Shown here: positions 63,719-64,000 of the stretch, piece after piece
Layout of the letters: each line of letters opens with the position of its first letter
Position numbering within the stretch: the first letter of the stretch is position 1
Source of the DNA: Candidatus Latescibacterota bacterium
GTDB taxonomy: Bacteria > Latescibacterota > CBDEFO01
DNA length: 64,000 bases
Direction of reading: 5' to 3'
Assembly (NCBI GenBank): GCA_965237525.1
Contig: CBDEFO010000004.1
Span: 96,001-160,000 of the forward strand
Program-made: the position numbers and the translations under genes
The notes under the pieces: model-generated
Database searches by the model: none
The model's input: only the letters and a program-made list of their open reading frames with translations
What the model was told of the DNA's origin: nothing

Positions 63719-64000
63719 ATGTCTGACAATGGGATAATAGATCTCAGGAGCGACACAGTCACAAAGCCGACAAAGGCGATGAGGGAGGCCATGTACGGAG
63801 CAGAGGTGGGTGACGATGTAATAGACGACGATCCGACCGCCCTTAAGCTCCAGGAGAAAGCGGCACATATTTTGGGTATGCAGGCGGCTCTCTTTGTTTC
63901 CTCAGGGACTATGGGAAACCAAGTCTGCATCAACGTCCTCACAGGGCCTGGTCAGGAGGTTATATGTTCGTCCACGGCTCACATACTGCACGACGAACTT
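63719..64000 (+). CDS. ltaE: Low-specificity L-threonine aldolase (partial, runs off the window)
   Basis: IDLRSDTVTKPT..VGDDV..DPT..SGTMGNQ. Confidence 0.9.
   Translation, partial: MSDNGIIDLRSDTVTKPTKAMREAMYGAEVGDDVIDDDPTALKLQEKAAHILGMQAALFVSSGTMGNQVCINVLTGPGQEVICSSTAHILHDEL

Overview
Bacterial accessory-rich window. T9SS/FlgD-like C-terminal sorting tails and FG-GAP proteins suggest an FCB-group organism (inference only). About 1-52 kb is a decaying mosaic with many frameshifted, nonsense or truncated genes; about 52-64 kb is mostly intact housekeeping and metabolic DNA. Contents: (i) a frameshifted type IIG-like restriction-modification gene; (ii) an integrase-less integron region (4.5-13.3 kb) in which a Pc-promoter/attI-like platform occurs three times, each heading attC-bounded cassettes with largely sugar-catabolic cargo; (iii) a ~230-bp IS5-like MITE (TTAG target duplication) carrying a REP doublet, in three full copies; (iv) a ~19-bp micro-palindrome (CCCGATTGAATCTATCGGG) inserted into genes, where deleting the same 16 nt restores the frame of two unrelated genes; (v) a signalling cluster, three DHDPS-like genes and FG-GAP/IPT surface proteins; (vi) an AibH1H2G-like amidohydrolase-fold oxygenase cluster; (vii) IS256 and IS1182 elements and a decayed integrase island beside tRNA-Arg(CCG); (viii) apgM, a split UxaA/SuyAB-like pair next to cysK, a radical SAM gene and ltaE. 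All calls come from motifs read by eye; no database searches were run.
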